DNA of 64,000 nt. Source: an uncultured Acidobacteriota bacterium (lineage in GTDB: Bacteria; Acidobacteriota; Vicinamibacteria; Vicinamibacterales; SCN-69-37). The notes beneath the pieces are model-generated. The model searched no databases. It had not been told where the DNA came from and was given only the letters and a program-made list of their open reading frames with translations. The position numbers were made by a program, and so were the translations under genes. The stretch lies in contig CAVSRY010000011.1 of assembly GCA_963730485.1 (NCBI GenBank), positions 47,059 to 111,058 on the forward strand, read 5' to 3'. Shown piece after piece: positions 38,557 to 51,124 of the stretch (positions are counted from its first letter, which is position 1; the number at the start of each line of letters is the position of its first letter).

Positions 38557-39515
38557 ATGACTGCACGCACTATTTATTCCATTCGATTCGTCGCGTTGGT
38601 CGCCGTGGCCGTCGCAGCCATCGGTTGCAGCAATCCCGCGGGCAACATGATGACGAGCCCGAGTGAGGTTCCCGACTCACTTGCCGCACAGGGCGGGTCG
38701 CCAACCGTTCGGTATTACGGCGCCGAGGTGACCCCGGTCTCGGTCGCGGCCGGGAGCACCACGTCGTTCTCGATCACGATTGAGAACTGCAACGGCGCGG
38801 CTACGTGCGATGGCGTTCAGGCGACGTCGAACAATCAGGCGATTGGGCACGTCATCGTGGCCGTCCCCGCGGCCTTTAGCGGTGTCAGCAACCTCGTTGT
38901 CAGCAACAGCACGCCCACTGATGGGTGGCTCGTCAGCCTGGTCTCCGGGACCATTCAACTCCGCGCGCCGGCGGGGAACAAGCGACTGGACAAGGGCGAG
39001 TCGGTCACGGTGACGTTCGATGCGACCGCGCCGTGCGCGGCCGGCAGTCATAGTGGATCACGGCGGCGTTCCAGGATGTCGACGTCAACCTTGACGGCAC
39101 GCCCTACACGCTCGTCGGCAGCCAGCCGGCAGTGAGCGTGACCGGAAACTGCGTGACGGCGTGCACGGTGCGCGGCCAGGGGTATTGGGAGCATCAGACC
39201 TCCAATTGGCCGTCCGTTGGCGCCGGTCTGTCGCTCGGCAACCGCGTCTACTCCGCAGCCGAGCTGCTCAGCATCCTCCAACAGAACCCGGTCGCCGGAA
39301 ATGGCTTGGTAGCGCTCGCGCATCAGTTGGTTTCGGCCAAGCTGAACATCGCGAACGGCGCGAACGGCTCGACGATCGCCGCGACCATTGCCGCGGCCGA
39401 CGCGCTCATCGGAAATCAGGTGGTTCCGCCGGTCGGCGGTGGATCGCTGGCGCCCTCCCAGACGGGCAGCCTGACCCAGTCGCTCGACGCATTCAACAGT
39501 CAGTGTGAGGACTGA
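38557..39515 (+). pseudogene. lipoprotein of unknown function, one frame break
   Basis: caggag RBS. Lipobox FVALVAVAVAAIGCS. Two ORFs join near 39050. Cys-rich C-terminal part. Confidence 0.45.
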
Positions 39516-39759
39516 GTACTCCCCTCCTCAGTCCCGCCAGGAGCGGCGGCCGGCACACACCGGCCGCCGCTCGTTCGTCACAGCATCGTTCGCTACACAG
39601 CCCCGCGGCTCTATTCGGCATGAAGAAGGCGTCGTGCGCCCGCATGGCGAGTCCCAGCTGTGGCACGAATCCCGCATTCGATCAGCACCCGTCGCGCCGC
39701 TTCCAGCCCCGAGTGGGCTGGCCCTCCTGCGCGCGAAAAATCCAATGGGGAGGATGACG

Positions 39760-40302
39760 ATGAACAAGAAATGGATGGCAGGGGCGTGTCTGATCGGGGC
39801 GATCGCGGTCGCGGGATGTAACCGCGAGAACACGGCGTCGCCAGACGTCGCGGACAGCATCGAGAAGTCGCTCGATCAGGCGCACATCGACGACGTATCC
39901 GTTGATCAGGATCGAGACAAAGGGGTCGTCACGCTGAAGGGATCCGTCGCGTCCGACGCGGAAAAGGCGCAAGCCGAGGCGATCGCGAAGGCCGCGGCTC
40001 CACGCGACGTCATCGCCAATGAGATTCGCGTACTGCCCGCTGGCATGGAGGGAAGAGCGGACGACGTCGCGGACGATCTCGACGCCGGGATCGAACGCAA
40101 CCTGGACGCGGCGTTCACACAGGCCGACGTGCGCGGCGTCACGCACAAGGTGGAAACTCAGGTCGTCACATTGACCGGCGACGTGACGTCCGCGACCGAT
40201 CGCAGCCGAATCGAGAAAATGGCGGCGGCCGTCCCCAACGTCAAGCAGGTCGTCAACAAGCTCGAGGTCAAGAACCAGCGCGCAACGTCACCCGCGCGGT
40301 AA
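39760..40302 (+). CDS. BON domain lipoprotein (OsmY-like)
   Basis: ggggagga RBS. MNKKWMAGACLIGAIAVAGC lipobox. Two BON-like repeats (VVTLKGSVASDAEK, VVTLTGDVTSATDR). Confidence 0.7.
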   Translation: MNKKWMAGACLIGAIAVAGCNRENTASPDVADSIEKSLDQAHIDDVSVDQDRDKGVVTLKGSVASDAEKAQAEAIAKAAAPRDVIANEIRVLPAGMEGRADDVADDLDAGIERNLDAAFTQADVRGVTHKVETQVVTLTGDVTSATDRSRIEKMAAAVPNVKQVVNKLEVKNQRATSPAR

Positions 40303-40305
40303 CGC

Positions 40306-40408
40306 GCGAACGAGGAACGAGGAACGGGGAACGAGGAACGGGGAACGGGGAACGGGGAACGATAGAATCGCTCTCTCAATGCCCGTTCCTCGTTCCTCTC
40401 TCGTTCGC
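40306..40408. repeat. asymmetric heptad-periodic inverted array (RGGAACG / CGTTCCY)
   Basis: Eight left units gcgaacg|aggaacg|aggaacg|gggaacg|aggaacg|gggaacg x3, 19-nt spacer, then a short right arm cccgttcctcgttcctctctcgttcgc. Confidence 0.85.
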
Positions 40409-40790
40409 CGTCGCTCCGGTATCGCCGGCTGGGGCGTCTACACGCGACTCCCGATCACGAAGAACACACGCATCATCGACTACGCGGGCGAGAAGATCTC
40501 GCACGGGGAAAGCCTGCGTCGAGAGCGCAAGCAGCTCGCTCGCGGCGAGGTGTGGTGTTTCACCGTGGACAAACGCACCGTGCGTGACGCGTCCGTCGGC
40601 GGCAACATCGCGCGGTTCATCAATCACGCGTGCAAACCGAACTGCTACTCGCAAGTGATCGGCGATGTGGTCTGGATTCGCGCGGGCCGCAACATCGCGA
40701 GCCGGTGAAGAGCTGACGTACGACTACCGGACCGACGGCGAAGCCACCATTCAATGCCGCTGCCGGCCGGACTGCCGGACGATGCTGTGA
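40379..40790 (+). pseudogene. SET domain protein (putative protein-lysine methyltransferase), one frame break near the C-terminus
   Basis: GWGVYTRLPI, RFINHACKPNC, then (other frame) GEELTYDY and a post-SET-like CRCRPDC. The first ~10 codons come from the right repeat arm. Confidence 0.7.
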
Positions 40791-41458
40791 CGCCGGTCGC
40801 TCACGTTCTCTACCTGCACGGGTTCGCGTCCTCGCCGGCGTCGTCGAAGGCGCGGCGGTTCGAGGAGGAGCTGGCGGTGCACGGCGTCGGATTCTCCTGT
40901 CCGGATTTCAACCAGCCGGCGTTCGAGACGCTCACCGTGACGCGGATGCTCGCGGACACGCGCCGGGCCCTCGAAGCCGCACGCGGCCGGCCTGTTGCGG
41001 TCATCGGTTCCAGCCTGGGCGCGTTCGTCGCCGTGCACGCGGCCGAGGCGGCATGGGGACGTGACATCGACCGGCTGATTCTGCTCGCCCCGGCGCTCGA
41101 TTTCGGCGGCAACCGTCTGCGGCAACTGGGTGACCGCGGCCTGGACGAGTGGCGCACGTCCGGCCGTCTCGAGGTCTTTCACTACGGCGACAATCTCACG
41201 CGGCACGTCGGGTTCGAGCTCTACGAAGACGCAGCGCGCTTCGACGCGTTCCGTGTGCAGCGAGTCCTTCCCACGCTCGTCTACCAGGGACGGCAGGACG
41301 AATCCGTCAGCGCCGACATGGTCGCCGGCTGGGCTGAGGAGCGGAGGCACGTGACACTCCGTCTTGTTGACGATGGACACCAGCTCACGGCTTCGATGGA
41401 CGAGATCTGGAAGGAGGCGGAGGCGTTTCTGGGCTCCGCGCGACAAGTTCAGAAGTGA
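40754..41458 (+). CDS. alpha/beta hydrolase (YqiA-like esterase family)
   Basis: VLYLHGFASSPASSKA and GSSLGAF (GxSxG), in a 234-aa ORF. Confidence 0.65.
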   Translation: MPLPAGLPDDAVTPVAHVLYLHGFASSPASSKARRFEEELAVHGVGFSCPDFNQPAFETLTVTRMLADTRRALEAARGRPVAVIGSSLGAFVAVHAAEAAWGRDIDRLILLAPALDFGGNRLRQLGDRGLDEWRTSGRLEVFHYGDNLTRHVGFELYEDAARFDAFRVQRVLPTLVYQGRQDESVSADMVAGWAEERRHVTLRLVDDGHQLTASMDEIWKEAEAFLGSARQVQK

Positions 41459-41534
41459 GAAGCCAGAAGTGAGAAGAAACTGACGCGGCAGGCGCCCAGC
41501 AGCTTCTCACTTCTGGCTTCTCACTTCTAACTTG
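41447..41534. repeat. near-perfect heptad-periodic hairpin (GAAGTGA / TCACTTC) at a convergent junction
   Basis: gttcaga|agtgaga|agccaga|agtgaga|agaaac, 22-nt spacer, then cttctcacttctggcttctcacttctaac. The left arm overlaps the hydrolase stop. Confidence 0.9.
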
Positions 41535-41535
41535 A

Positions 41536-42899
41536 TCAAGTTCTTGCCACGTTCGGCGCGCCGAGCTTGAAGACATTCGCGGCGTCTGTCTTGATCGCGT
41601 TGCGTGAATCGACGATCAGCCGCGCGTGCTTCTGGATCACGTCGTAGTCGAAGACGTTGTGGTCGGTGACGATCACGACGCAGTCGGCGGCTTCGAGGGC
41701 CGCGGGCGTGAGCGGCACGGACGCCACGTCATATCCGCCGGGCCAGTCGCGCGCCGCCACGGTCGGCACGTACGGATCGTGGAACGACAGCCGCGCCCCC
41801 TTCAGCGCCATCGCGGCCATGACATCGAGGGCGGGCGACTCGCGGAAGTCCTCGATGTCGCGCTTGTACGACACGCCGAGGACGAGCACCGAGGACCCGT
41901 TGATGGCCTTGCGGTGCGAGTTCAGCGCCTCGCCAACCTTGTCCACGACGTGGTGCGGCATGGCGCCGTTCACGTGCCCGGCCAGCTCGATGAAGCGCGC
42001 CTCGAAGCCCACTTCCTTCACTTTCCACGAGAGATAGAACGGGTCGATCGGGATGCAGTGGCCGCCGAGGCCGGGGCCCGGGTAGAACGGCATGAACCCG
42101 AACGGCTTCGTCGAGGCCGCGTCGATCACTTCCCAGACGCTGATGCCCAGCCGGTCGCACATGAGCGCCAGCTCGTTCACCAGGCCGATGTTCACCGCAC
42201 GGAATGTGTTCTCGAGGAGCTTCACCATCTCGGCAACCCGCGGGGAGCTCACCTCGACGACCGTGTCGATGGAGGCGGAGTAGAGCGCGCTGGCCAGCCG
42301 CGCGCACGCAGGCGTCGTGCCCCCCACGACCTTCGGCACGTTCTTCGTCGTCCATTTCGCGTTGCCCGGATCGACGCGCTCGGGTGAGAACGCGAGGAAA
42401 AAGTCCTCGCCGGCCCGCAGGCCGCGGCGCTCGAGAATCGGACGCACGACTTCGTCCGTAGTACCTGGATAGGTGGTGGACTCGAGAATCACGAGCTGTC
42501 CCTGCCGGAGGTGCTGGGCGATGGCCTCGACGGCGGAGACGACGTACGACAGATCCGGGATCCTTGGTTTTGCGCAGCGGCGTCGGCACGCAGATGTTGA
42601 TCGTGTCGAGCTTGGCGATATCGGCGGTCTCGCGCGGTGGCGCGGAGACGACGCGAGGACGTGAACTGGGCGACGTCCGAGGCGGGCACGTCGCGGATGT
42701 AGGATTCGCCGCGGTTGATGGCCGCGACCTTCGCAGGGTCCAGGTCAACGCCCGTCGTCTCGAAGCCGGCGCGCGCGAACTCGACGGCCAGCGGCAGGCC
42801 GACATATCCAAGCCCGACCACTCCGACGTGGGCGGTGCGGGTGGTCAATTTCTCCTGGAGCGCCTCGGCCAGGCTGATGGAAGACGTGGATTGGGTCAT
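41536..42899 (-). pseudogene. nucleotide-sugar dehydrogenase (UDP-glucose/GDP-mannose dehydrogenase family), frame-disrupted
   Basis: VGVVGLGYVGLPLAVEFA, INICVPTPL, ILESTTYPGTT, PGPGLGGHCIPIDP. At least 3 shifts between 42490 and 42680. Confidence 0.8.
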
Positions 42900-42995
42900 G
42901 TTTGTAACTGAAGGACGGAACCCTTCGTAGTTAGTGTCGTGGCCGGAGAATTATCTCAGGGTTCCCGATTCGGCAGAGAATGAGAGTGAGGCCCT

Positions 42996-43961
42996 ATGTT
43001 GACTAGGAAAAGGACGTCGTGGGACATCCCGTACTCAGACGTCACGCCCGAGCCAGTGTACCGCTCCCGCCGGGATTTCATCGCGACGGCTGTCGCCGCC
43101 GGGGTCGGCCTGGCCGCTGGTTCAGGGCTGAGCGAGCGACGCCTGTCTGGCTCAGGCGAATCTGACGCCGCTGACGGCGACGCGGAATCCGAAATACGTC
43201 GCCCCTGACAAGGTCAACTCGTTCCAGGACATCACGACCTACAACAATTTCTACGAGTTCGGCGTCGAGAAGAGCGACCCGTCGCAGAACGCGGGCGCTC
43301 TCAAGGTGAAGCCCTGGACGGTGAAGGTCGACGGTCTCGTCGGCAAGCCCGGCGAACTACGGCGTCGAGGATCTCGTGAACTTCAAGGCGCTCGAGGAGC
43401 GCGTGTATCGCCTGCGCTGCGTCGAGGGCTGGTCGATGGTGATTCCCTGGATCGGCGTGCCGCTCGCCGACGTCCTGAAGAAAGTCGAGCCGGCCCCGTC
43501 CGCCAAGTTCGTCGAGTTCACGACGCTGCTTCGTCCGTCGGAGATGTTCGCCCAGCGATCCTCCGTGCTCGACTGGCCGTACCTCGAAGCCTTGCGGCTT
43601 GACGAGGCGATGCATCCGCTGGCGCTCATGGTCGTCGGCCTCTACGGCAAGGTGTTGCCGAACCAGAACGGCGCGCCGATGCGCCTGATGGTGCCGTGGA
43701 AGTACGGCTTCAAGAGCGGCAAGTCCATCGTCCGCATCCGCTTCACGGATCAGCAGCCGCAGACGACGTGGATGCGGGCGATTCCGGAGGAGTACGGCTT
43801 CTACGCCAACGTGAATCCGACAGTGCAGCCACCCGCGCTGGAGCCAGGCTCGGGAAATCCGGCTTCCGGGATTCCTGAAGAACACGCCGACGCAGATGTT
43901 CAACGGGTATTCCGAGGTCGCGAGCCTCTACACCGGCATGGACCTCCGCAAGAACTTCTGA
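42996..43961 (+). pseudogene. msrP: protein-methionine-sulfoxide reductase catalytic subunit MsrP (YedY), frame-disrupted
   Basis: Tat-like [56 protein letters not shown]. Shifts near 43150, 43365 and 43870. Confidence 0.85.
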
Positions 43962-43963
43962 TC

Positions 43964-44659
43964 ATGGCCGCGCGGCTCTGGCGTGGCCTCGCGTCAGCGG
44001 TCGCCGCGGTCGTCAACTCGCCCGTTTTCAAGCCCGCGGTCTTTCTGGCGTGCCTCGCGCCGGGCGTGCTGCTCGGCCGTCGCCTGTATCTCGTGTTGAC
44101 GGGCGCCGACCCGTCGGCGCTCGGCGCGGACCCCACCAAGCTCATGGAGCATGAGACGGGCCGCTACGCGCTCATGATCCTGCTCTTCACCTTGACGGTC
44201 ACGCCGTTGCGCCGGCTGTTTCAGGTCAATCGCATTCAGCGCGTGCGGCGCATGCTCGGCGTCTGGTCGTTCGTGTACGCGTTCGCGCACCTCGTCATCT
44301 ATCTGACGCTCGATCAGCTCTGTTACTCCGTCGAGACCTGTCAGTTCCCGGCCGTCTGGGAGGACCTGACGCGGCGGCCGTTCATTTTCGTGGGCATGAC
44401 GGCGTTTTCGATTCTGGCCCTGCTCGCGTTGACGTCCACCACCGGGTGGATGAGACGGCTCGGCCGGAACTGGCAGCGCCTGCATCGACTGGTCTACGTC
44501 GCCGCGGTCGTCGCGGTGGTGCACTTCGCCTGGGGCCAGAAAGCCGACATCAGCGAGCCCCTCCAGTGGGGCGCGTACCTGGCGGCAGTCCTGGGCTTGC
44601 GCGTGGTGTTCGCCCTCCGGAAGCGATCCGCGCGGCTCGTTCCAGCTGTAAGTCGTTGA
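43964..44659 (+). CDS. msrQ: protein-methionine-sulfoxide reductase heme-binding subunit MsrQ (YedZ)
   Basis: 6-TM ferric-reductase-like protein ([29 protein letters not shown]). ATG lies 2 nt after the msrP stop. Confidence 0.8.
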   Translation: MAARLWRGLASAVAAVVNSPVFKPAVFLACLAPGVLLGRRLYLVLTGADPSALGADPTKLMEHETGRYALMILLFTLTVTPLRRLFQVNRIQRVRRMLGVWSFVYAFAHLVIYLTLDQLCYSVETCQFPAVWEDLTRRPFIFVGMTAFSILALLALTSTTGWMRRLGRNWQRLHRLVYVAAVVAVVHFAWGQKADISEPLQWGAYLAAVLGLRVVFALRKRSARLVPAVSR

Positions 44660-44789
44660 TTTATCTCGCCTTGGTGGCCAGAAGTGGCGGGCAGTTCGCC
44701 CGTCGTCTCGGCCCGCTCACCCCCCTGATCCGCCCGCTGAACACATTTCTGTAGGCCGAGGCGGCGACGGGCGATATTCTCGCGTCGCC

Positions 44790-44878
44790 GAAGTTAGAAG
44801 GCAGAACTTCGAAGTCAGAAATGTATGTTCAAACATTCATGTTTCTGACTTCTTACTTCTAAGTTCGAACTTCTTATC
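44790..44878. repeat. heptad-periodic inverted array (GAAGTYA family) ending 10 nt before the radical SAM start codon
   Basis: gaagtta|gaaggca|gaacttc|gaagtca|gaaatg, AT-rich centre, then gtttctgacttcttacttctaagttcgaacttcttatc. Confidence 0.75.
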
Positions 44879-44887
44879 TGGGGGGTT

Positions 44888-46978
<2,091 letters not shown>

Positions 46979-47000
46979 CGTGACAAGCTGCGGGATGGCC

Positions 47001-47046
47001 GACGGGCCGGATGAGGCAACTCATCCGGCCCGTTGTGTTTTTGGGG
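47001..47046 (+). terminator. canonical intrinsic terminator after the radical SAM gene
   Basis: gacgggccggatgag gcaa ctcatccggcccgt, followed by tgtgtttttgg. Confidence 0.85.
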
Positions 47047-47060
47047 CTGCTGCGCTCTCT

Positions 47061-47096
47061 GGTTCAACGTTCCGGGTTAAGGGTTCCGGGTTCTGG
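47061..47096. repeat. single-arm heptamer array (GGTTCNR)
   Basis: ggttcaa|cgttccg|ggttaag|ggttccg|ggttctg. Confidence 0.55.
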
Positions 47097-47115
47097 CCAT
47101 TGGGCTAGACTCCGA

Positions 47116-47135
47116 GGTTACAACCGGTTACAACC
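47116..47135. promoter_or_regulatory. perfect tandem 10-mer GGTTACAACC x2 (contains AACCGGTT palindrome)
   Basis: ggttacaaccggttacaacc, upstream of the methyltransferase gene. Confidence 0.3.
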
Positions 47136-47248
47136 GGGTCGTGAGAGGGCGATGACATGAAGCATCGCGCCGACGCGCACGCCTTCTATCCGGCCGCTGG
47201 ATGGGCGCTCACCGGGCGGAGGTTCGGCAAGCCCCTCGGCAGAGCCGA

Positions 47249-47733
47249 ATGATGCTTGTGTTCGCTCGCGCAGCCACGTATCTCGGCGCTCTTCGTCGGC
47301 CTCTTCCTCATCTTTCTACCGGATCGGATCTTGTCATCGACAGGGATCGTTCGACCCGCGGAATTCGGATTGTGGCAGGTCGCCGGCATGTTCCTGGGAG
47401 CCTTTGGTGCGCTGCTCGCGCTCGCGTGTATCCTCACCTTCGTGTTCGCCGGCAAGGGCACTCCTGCGCCGTTCGATCCGCCTCGCCGGCTGGTGGTTCG
47501 AGGTCCCTATCGGTTCGTCCGCAACCCGATGTATCTCGGTGCCGGCCTCGCGCTGACAGGCGCCGCGCTGTTTTATCAATCGATTCCGATGGCCGGCTAT
47601 GCTGGAGCGTTCCTCCTAATCACGCACGTTTTTCGTCATCCTGTACGAGGAGCCCACGCTGCGGCGGACCTTTGAGGACAGACTATGTCGGCGTATTGTC
47701 AGGCAGACCGGTCGATGGTGGCCGAAGCGATAA
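47249..47733 (+). pseudogene. isoprenylcysteine carboxyl / phospholipid methyltransferase family membrane protein, frame-disrupted
   Basis: LVVRGPYRFVRNPMYLG, then (other frame) ILYEEPTLRRTF. Shifts near 47292 and 47630. Confidence 0.65.
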
Positions 47734-47749
47734 GAACGACCAGGTGACG

Positions 47750-48651
47750 ATGAAGACCTATCTGCTCTCACTTCCTGAGCGACTGGTCCGAGCCACGCTG
47801 GGGGTCGCTGCCGGCGTCGCGCGTGAAGTCGGAGAGGTCGCCCTTCCCAAAGGTATTCGCAGCAGCCAGTTGTACCAGAACCTCGTGGACGCGTCGCTCC
47901 GGTTTCTGATCGAGCAGGTGGGAGGCGCGGAGGGCGTTTACCAGGCCGACGAAGCGTTGACGGATCACTTTCTCGCCAGGCGCGCGGCGGGCAATGCCGT
48001 GGAAATGCTCGGCATCGTCGCGTTTCGCGCGTCGCCCGTCTGGGTGCTCGCGGCACTGGCGGACCTGTGCGGCATGGGGCGGCACCTGATTCCGGAAATG
48101 GCCGACGCGCTGAAGGCCCAGGGCCTGCTGGAGAAAGACACCCATTTCACTAGCGTCGATCAAATGTTGGACGGTCTGGAACGGACCTCGTCTCGGCTTG
48201 CCACAACGATCAATACGCCGCCGCTGGACGTCGCGGGACTCCGGAAGGAATGGGACGCCATTCGAACGGAAGCCCGATCAATGCAGCCCGCGAGTCTTCC
48301 CTCGCGGGAAACGATCGCGCAACTGTGGACCGAGCTCAAGACAGAATCCGCCCGACAGAACAGGTCGGTCTTTGAGACATCGTCAATGATCGCCGTATCT
48401 GCGGTGCGAGCTCTTCCGGACGGCGCACGGTGGGTCTCGGCGTCTGCCCGGATAGGCGCGACGCGTGCCGGCCACATTCTTCGCCACGGCGCTTCTGGAT
48501 CACTACAGGCAGACATTGGGAGAGATACAGCAAGGCGGGTACGCGGCCTATGCCGGCCGGCAGCTTCGCCCCTATATTCGGGCCGCGGTCGACCAGTTCT
48601 CGTCCAAGCGTCGTACACTCACCGAGCGTGTGCTTGAAAAGCTTCGGTTGA
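47750..48651 (+). pseudogene. hypothetical protein; frame break near 48480, 3' end uncertain
   Basis: MKTYLLSLPERLVRATLGVAAGV...continuing as FFATALLDHYRQTLGEIQQGGYAAYAGRQLRPYIRAAVDQF. I recognise no family. Confidence 0.35.
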
Positions 48652-49288
48652 TCGCGATCCTGTCGCTCGGGTTCTCGGTCGCAGCGCACGGCCACTCAGG
48701 ACACGGCAGGCGCTTGCATTCCCGCGAGCGAACGTGCCGGGCGCGCCTTCGGGTGCTTCATCCTGGCGGCGCAGCCACTGGGTCAGCTCGAGCGCGCGGC
48801 GACCTTCTGGCATCTGGAGACATTCCCGACTCGTGCGGCCGCCGAGAAGGCAAAGAGTGCTCGCGGCGCTGGTCGTCGAAGCGTTCGACAAGGTGTGGCT
48901 GCTCTCGATCGCCGACGCCGGCTGGCGGACGGCGGGGCGACCCACGTCGCGGAAATCGGCCCGCTCGCGATAAAGCCCGGCACCGCGTACACGGCCCAGT
49001 TCATGGAAGCCGTCTTCCGTCCGGGCATGAAGTCGCGGGTGCATCGTCACGCCGGTCCCGGAGGCCTGGTACACGATCACCGGCGAAACCTGTCTCGAAA
49101 CCCCTGAGGGCACCATGGTTGGCCGCGCGGGCGGCGCTCATGTCGTCGTTCCACAGGGACCGCCGATGGAACTGACTGCGACTGGCTCGGAGACGCGACG
49201 ATCGTTGGTGCTCATCCTTCACGAGTCCGCACAACCGCATACGAGTCCGGCGCCGGACTGGACGCCCAAGGGACTCTGCAAGGCGTGA
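48648..49288 (+). pseudogene. cupin-like small protein, reconstructed across several frames
   Basis: Fragments TFWHLETFPTRAAAEKAKS, VVEAFDKVWLLSIADAGW, VAEIGPLAIKPGTAYTAQFMEAVFRPGMKSRVHRHAGP, WYTITGETCLETPEGTMVGRAGGAHVVVPQGPPMEL. Confidence 0.3.
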
Positions 49289-49292
49289 GGTC

Positions 49293-50153
49293 ATGAAAGC
49301 GTCCCACCGTCTACGAGGGTTTCTGGTTTCAATCGTCGTATTGATGCTGCCTGGGGCGGCCGAGATGCGACAGCAGACCGGCAAGGCTTCGACCGAGAGC
49401 CGCGCTGACAATGAAGCGTTCCTGTCGAATGGTCGAATCGTGACCGACGCACCAGCGGACGGAAGATCATCCTGGCGGGCGAGTCTTGAGGACGGACTCC
49501 GGAAGCACGACGCGTCGGTCGAGACGGCAGACGGAAGCGGTCCCACCAGGCGGGACCACAGGTTCAACGTCGCCGCTTACGAGCTGGACAAGCTCCTTGT
49601 GCTCGACCTGGTCCCGCCATCGGTCCAGCGACTCGTGGGAGGTCGGCCGGCCTCCCTCACTTGGTGGGTCGACGGGTTTGCCATGAACGAGCTGGATCGG
49701 AGACGAAAAGCCATCGACCCTCCCGACCGAGACACCTGGAGCAGGCAAGTGGACGCTGTGCGTGTCTTCGACGAGTTGATCTCGAACACCTACCGGGATA
49801 CAAGTCCCGGGCTTTACCTGAATACAGTTTGGGACAACTTGCTGATTACGAAGGACTGGACCATCTGGATTATCGATCACACCGCGGCATTCCGGACCCG
49901 TATGAGACTGGAGGATCCGGGGAGCTTGATGCGGTGTCCACGGACGGTCCTCGCCAGATTGCGGGAGCTGAACCGAGAGCAGTTCCAGCGAACACTGGGC
50001 CGATATCTTTCCTCGCAACAACTGGACGCGTTGGACGTTCGGCGGGCACTACTCGTGAAACACTTCGGCGACCGGATTGCGAGCGACGGCGAAGTCACGG
50101 TACTGTTACGACCTCCGACCGAGAGAGTGACTTCGTCCCTGTCCTGGTCCTAG
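49293..50153 (+). CDS. secreted hypothetical protein with weak PI3/PI4-kinase-like catalytic-loop resemblance
   Basis: Signal-like LRGFLVSIVVLMLPGAA. NVAAYELDKLLVLDLVPPS, FDELISNTYRD, WDNLLITKDWTIWIIDHTAAF. Confidence 0.35.
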   Translation: MKASHRLRGFLVSIVVLMLPGAAEMRQQTGKASTESRADNEAFLSNGRIVTDAPADGRSSWRASLEDGLRKHDASVETADGSGPTRRDHRFNVAAYELDKLLVLDLVPPSVQRLVGGRPASLTWWVDGFAMNELDRRRKAIDPPDRDTWSRQVDAVRVFDELISNTYRDTSPGLYLNTVWDNLLITKDWTIWIIDHTAAFRTRMRLEDPGSLMRCPRTVLARLRELNREQFQRTLGRYLSSQQLDALDVRRALLVKHFGDRIASDGEVTVLLRPPTERVTSSLSWS

Positions 50154-50275
50154 ACTGTCCTGCGCGCCCACCGCTTGCGGGTCGGAGCGGGTGCTGCCGA
50201 ATCCCGGCGGCGATCCCTCATGCTCGCGTCTTCCACCGGAAGCGAGGACGCGATCGTACGAGGCGACGCTCAGTC

Positions 50276-50644
50276 GTGCCAGCGGAGATTATTCCGGTTC
50301 GTACCGACGTGCGTGTACCTGACATAGGACTCAGAGAGTTTCACAACTGGTTCGCAATTGGTATCAGCGGAAATTACCTGGCCACAGATGACTACGCGTC
50401 TCCCACGCTTTTCGAGCGCTTCTCCACGAATGCGTACGTCGCAATCGACTTCCTCATTGGAACGACAACGTTCACGATCGTGGAGCACTCGGGTGTCTCG
50501 GTCCCGTTTGCCGGCTCATTTGAGTTCTGCTCGACGCGACCGGGGGCCGCGCCGAATTTCTGCGATCGGTTTGCTCCTGACGTTCTGATCGAACACGAAC
50601 ACTGTTTTGCGGAACGTCACCGCCTGATCCTGGTGCGCCCATAG
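50276..50644 (+). CDS. hypothetical protein (GTG start guessed)
   Basis: Open frame in a visibly less GC-rich stretch. No motif recognised. Confidence 0.25.
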   Translation: MPAEIIPVRTDVRVPDIGLREFHNWFAIGISGNYLATDDYASPTLFERFSTNAYVAIDFLIGTTTFTIVEHSGVSVPFAGSFEFCSTRPGAAPNFCDRFAPDVLIEHEHCFAERHRLILVRP

Positions 50645-50700
50645 CGGCGGCGGAGCGCGATGCGTGAGACGGGCCGAGCGTCTCATCAGCGGTTCATATT

Positions 50701-51072
50701 ATGAAAAGCCGACCCAAAGCGACGACGTTCGATGAGTATCTGGCGGCACTGGACGACGGCAAGCGTGCTGCGCTGGAGAAACTGCGGAAGACGATTCGTG
50801 CCGCCGCGCCGCGCGCTGAGGAATACATCGGCTATGGGCTCGCGGCATTCCGCCTTGATGGCAAACCGCTCGTGGCACTCGGCGCGTCGGCACGTCACTG
50901 CGCCTTCTATCCGATGAATGGCACGACCGTGTCGGCTTTCAAGAGAGAGTTGAAGGACTACGAGACTGCGAAGGGCACAATCCGTTTTCAGGAAACCAAG
51001 CCCCTGCCTGCCGCTCTGGTCCGGAGGATCGTGAAGGCGCGAATCGCCGAGAATGCCGCCAAACGGTCGTAA
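50701..51072 (+). CDS. DUF1801 / YdhG-like domain protein
   Basis: FDEYLAALDDGKRAALEKLRKTIRAAAP..EYIGYG..GTIRFQ, 123 aa. Confidence 0.6.
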   Translation: MKSRPKATTFDEYLAALDDGKRAALEKLRKTIRAAAPRAEEYIGYGLAAFRLDGKPLVALGASARHCAFYPMNGTTVSAFKRELKDYETAKGTIRFQETKPLPAALVRRIVKARIAENAAKRS

Positions 51073-51124
51073 AGGCCGTATGGTGTCGAGCACGGCCGGT
51101 AGCCAAGCGTTCAGCGGGGGGATT

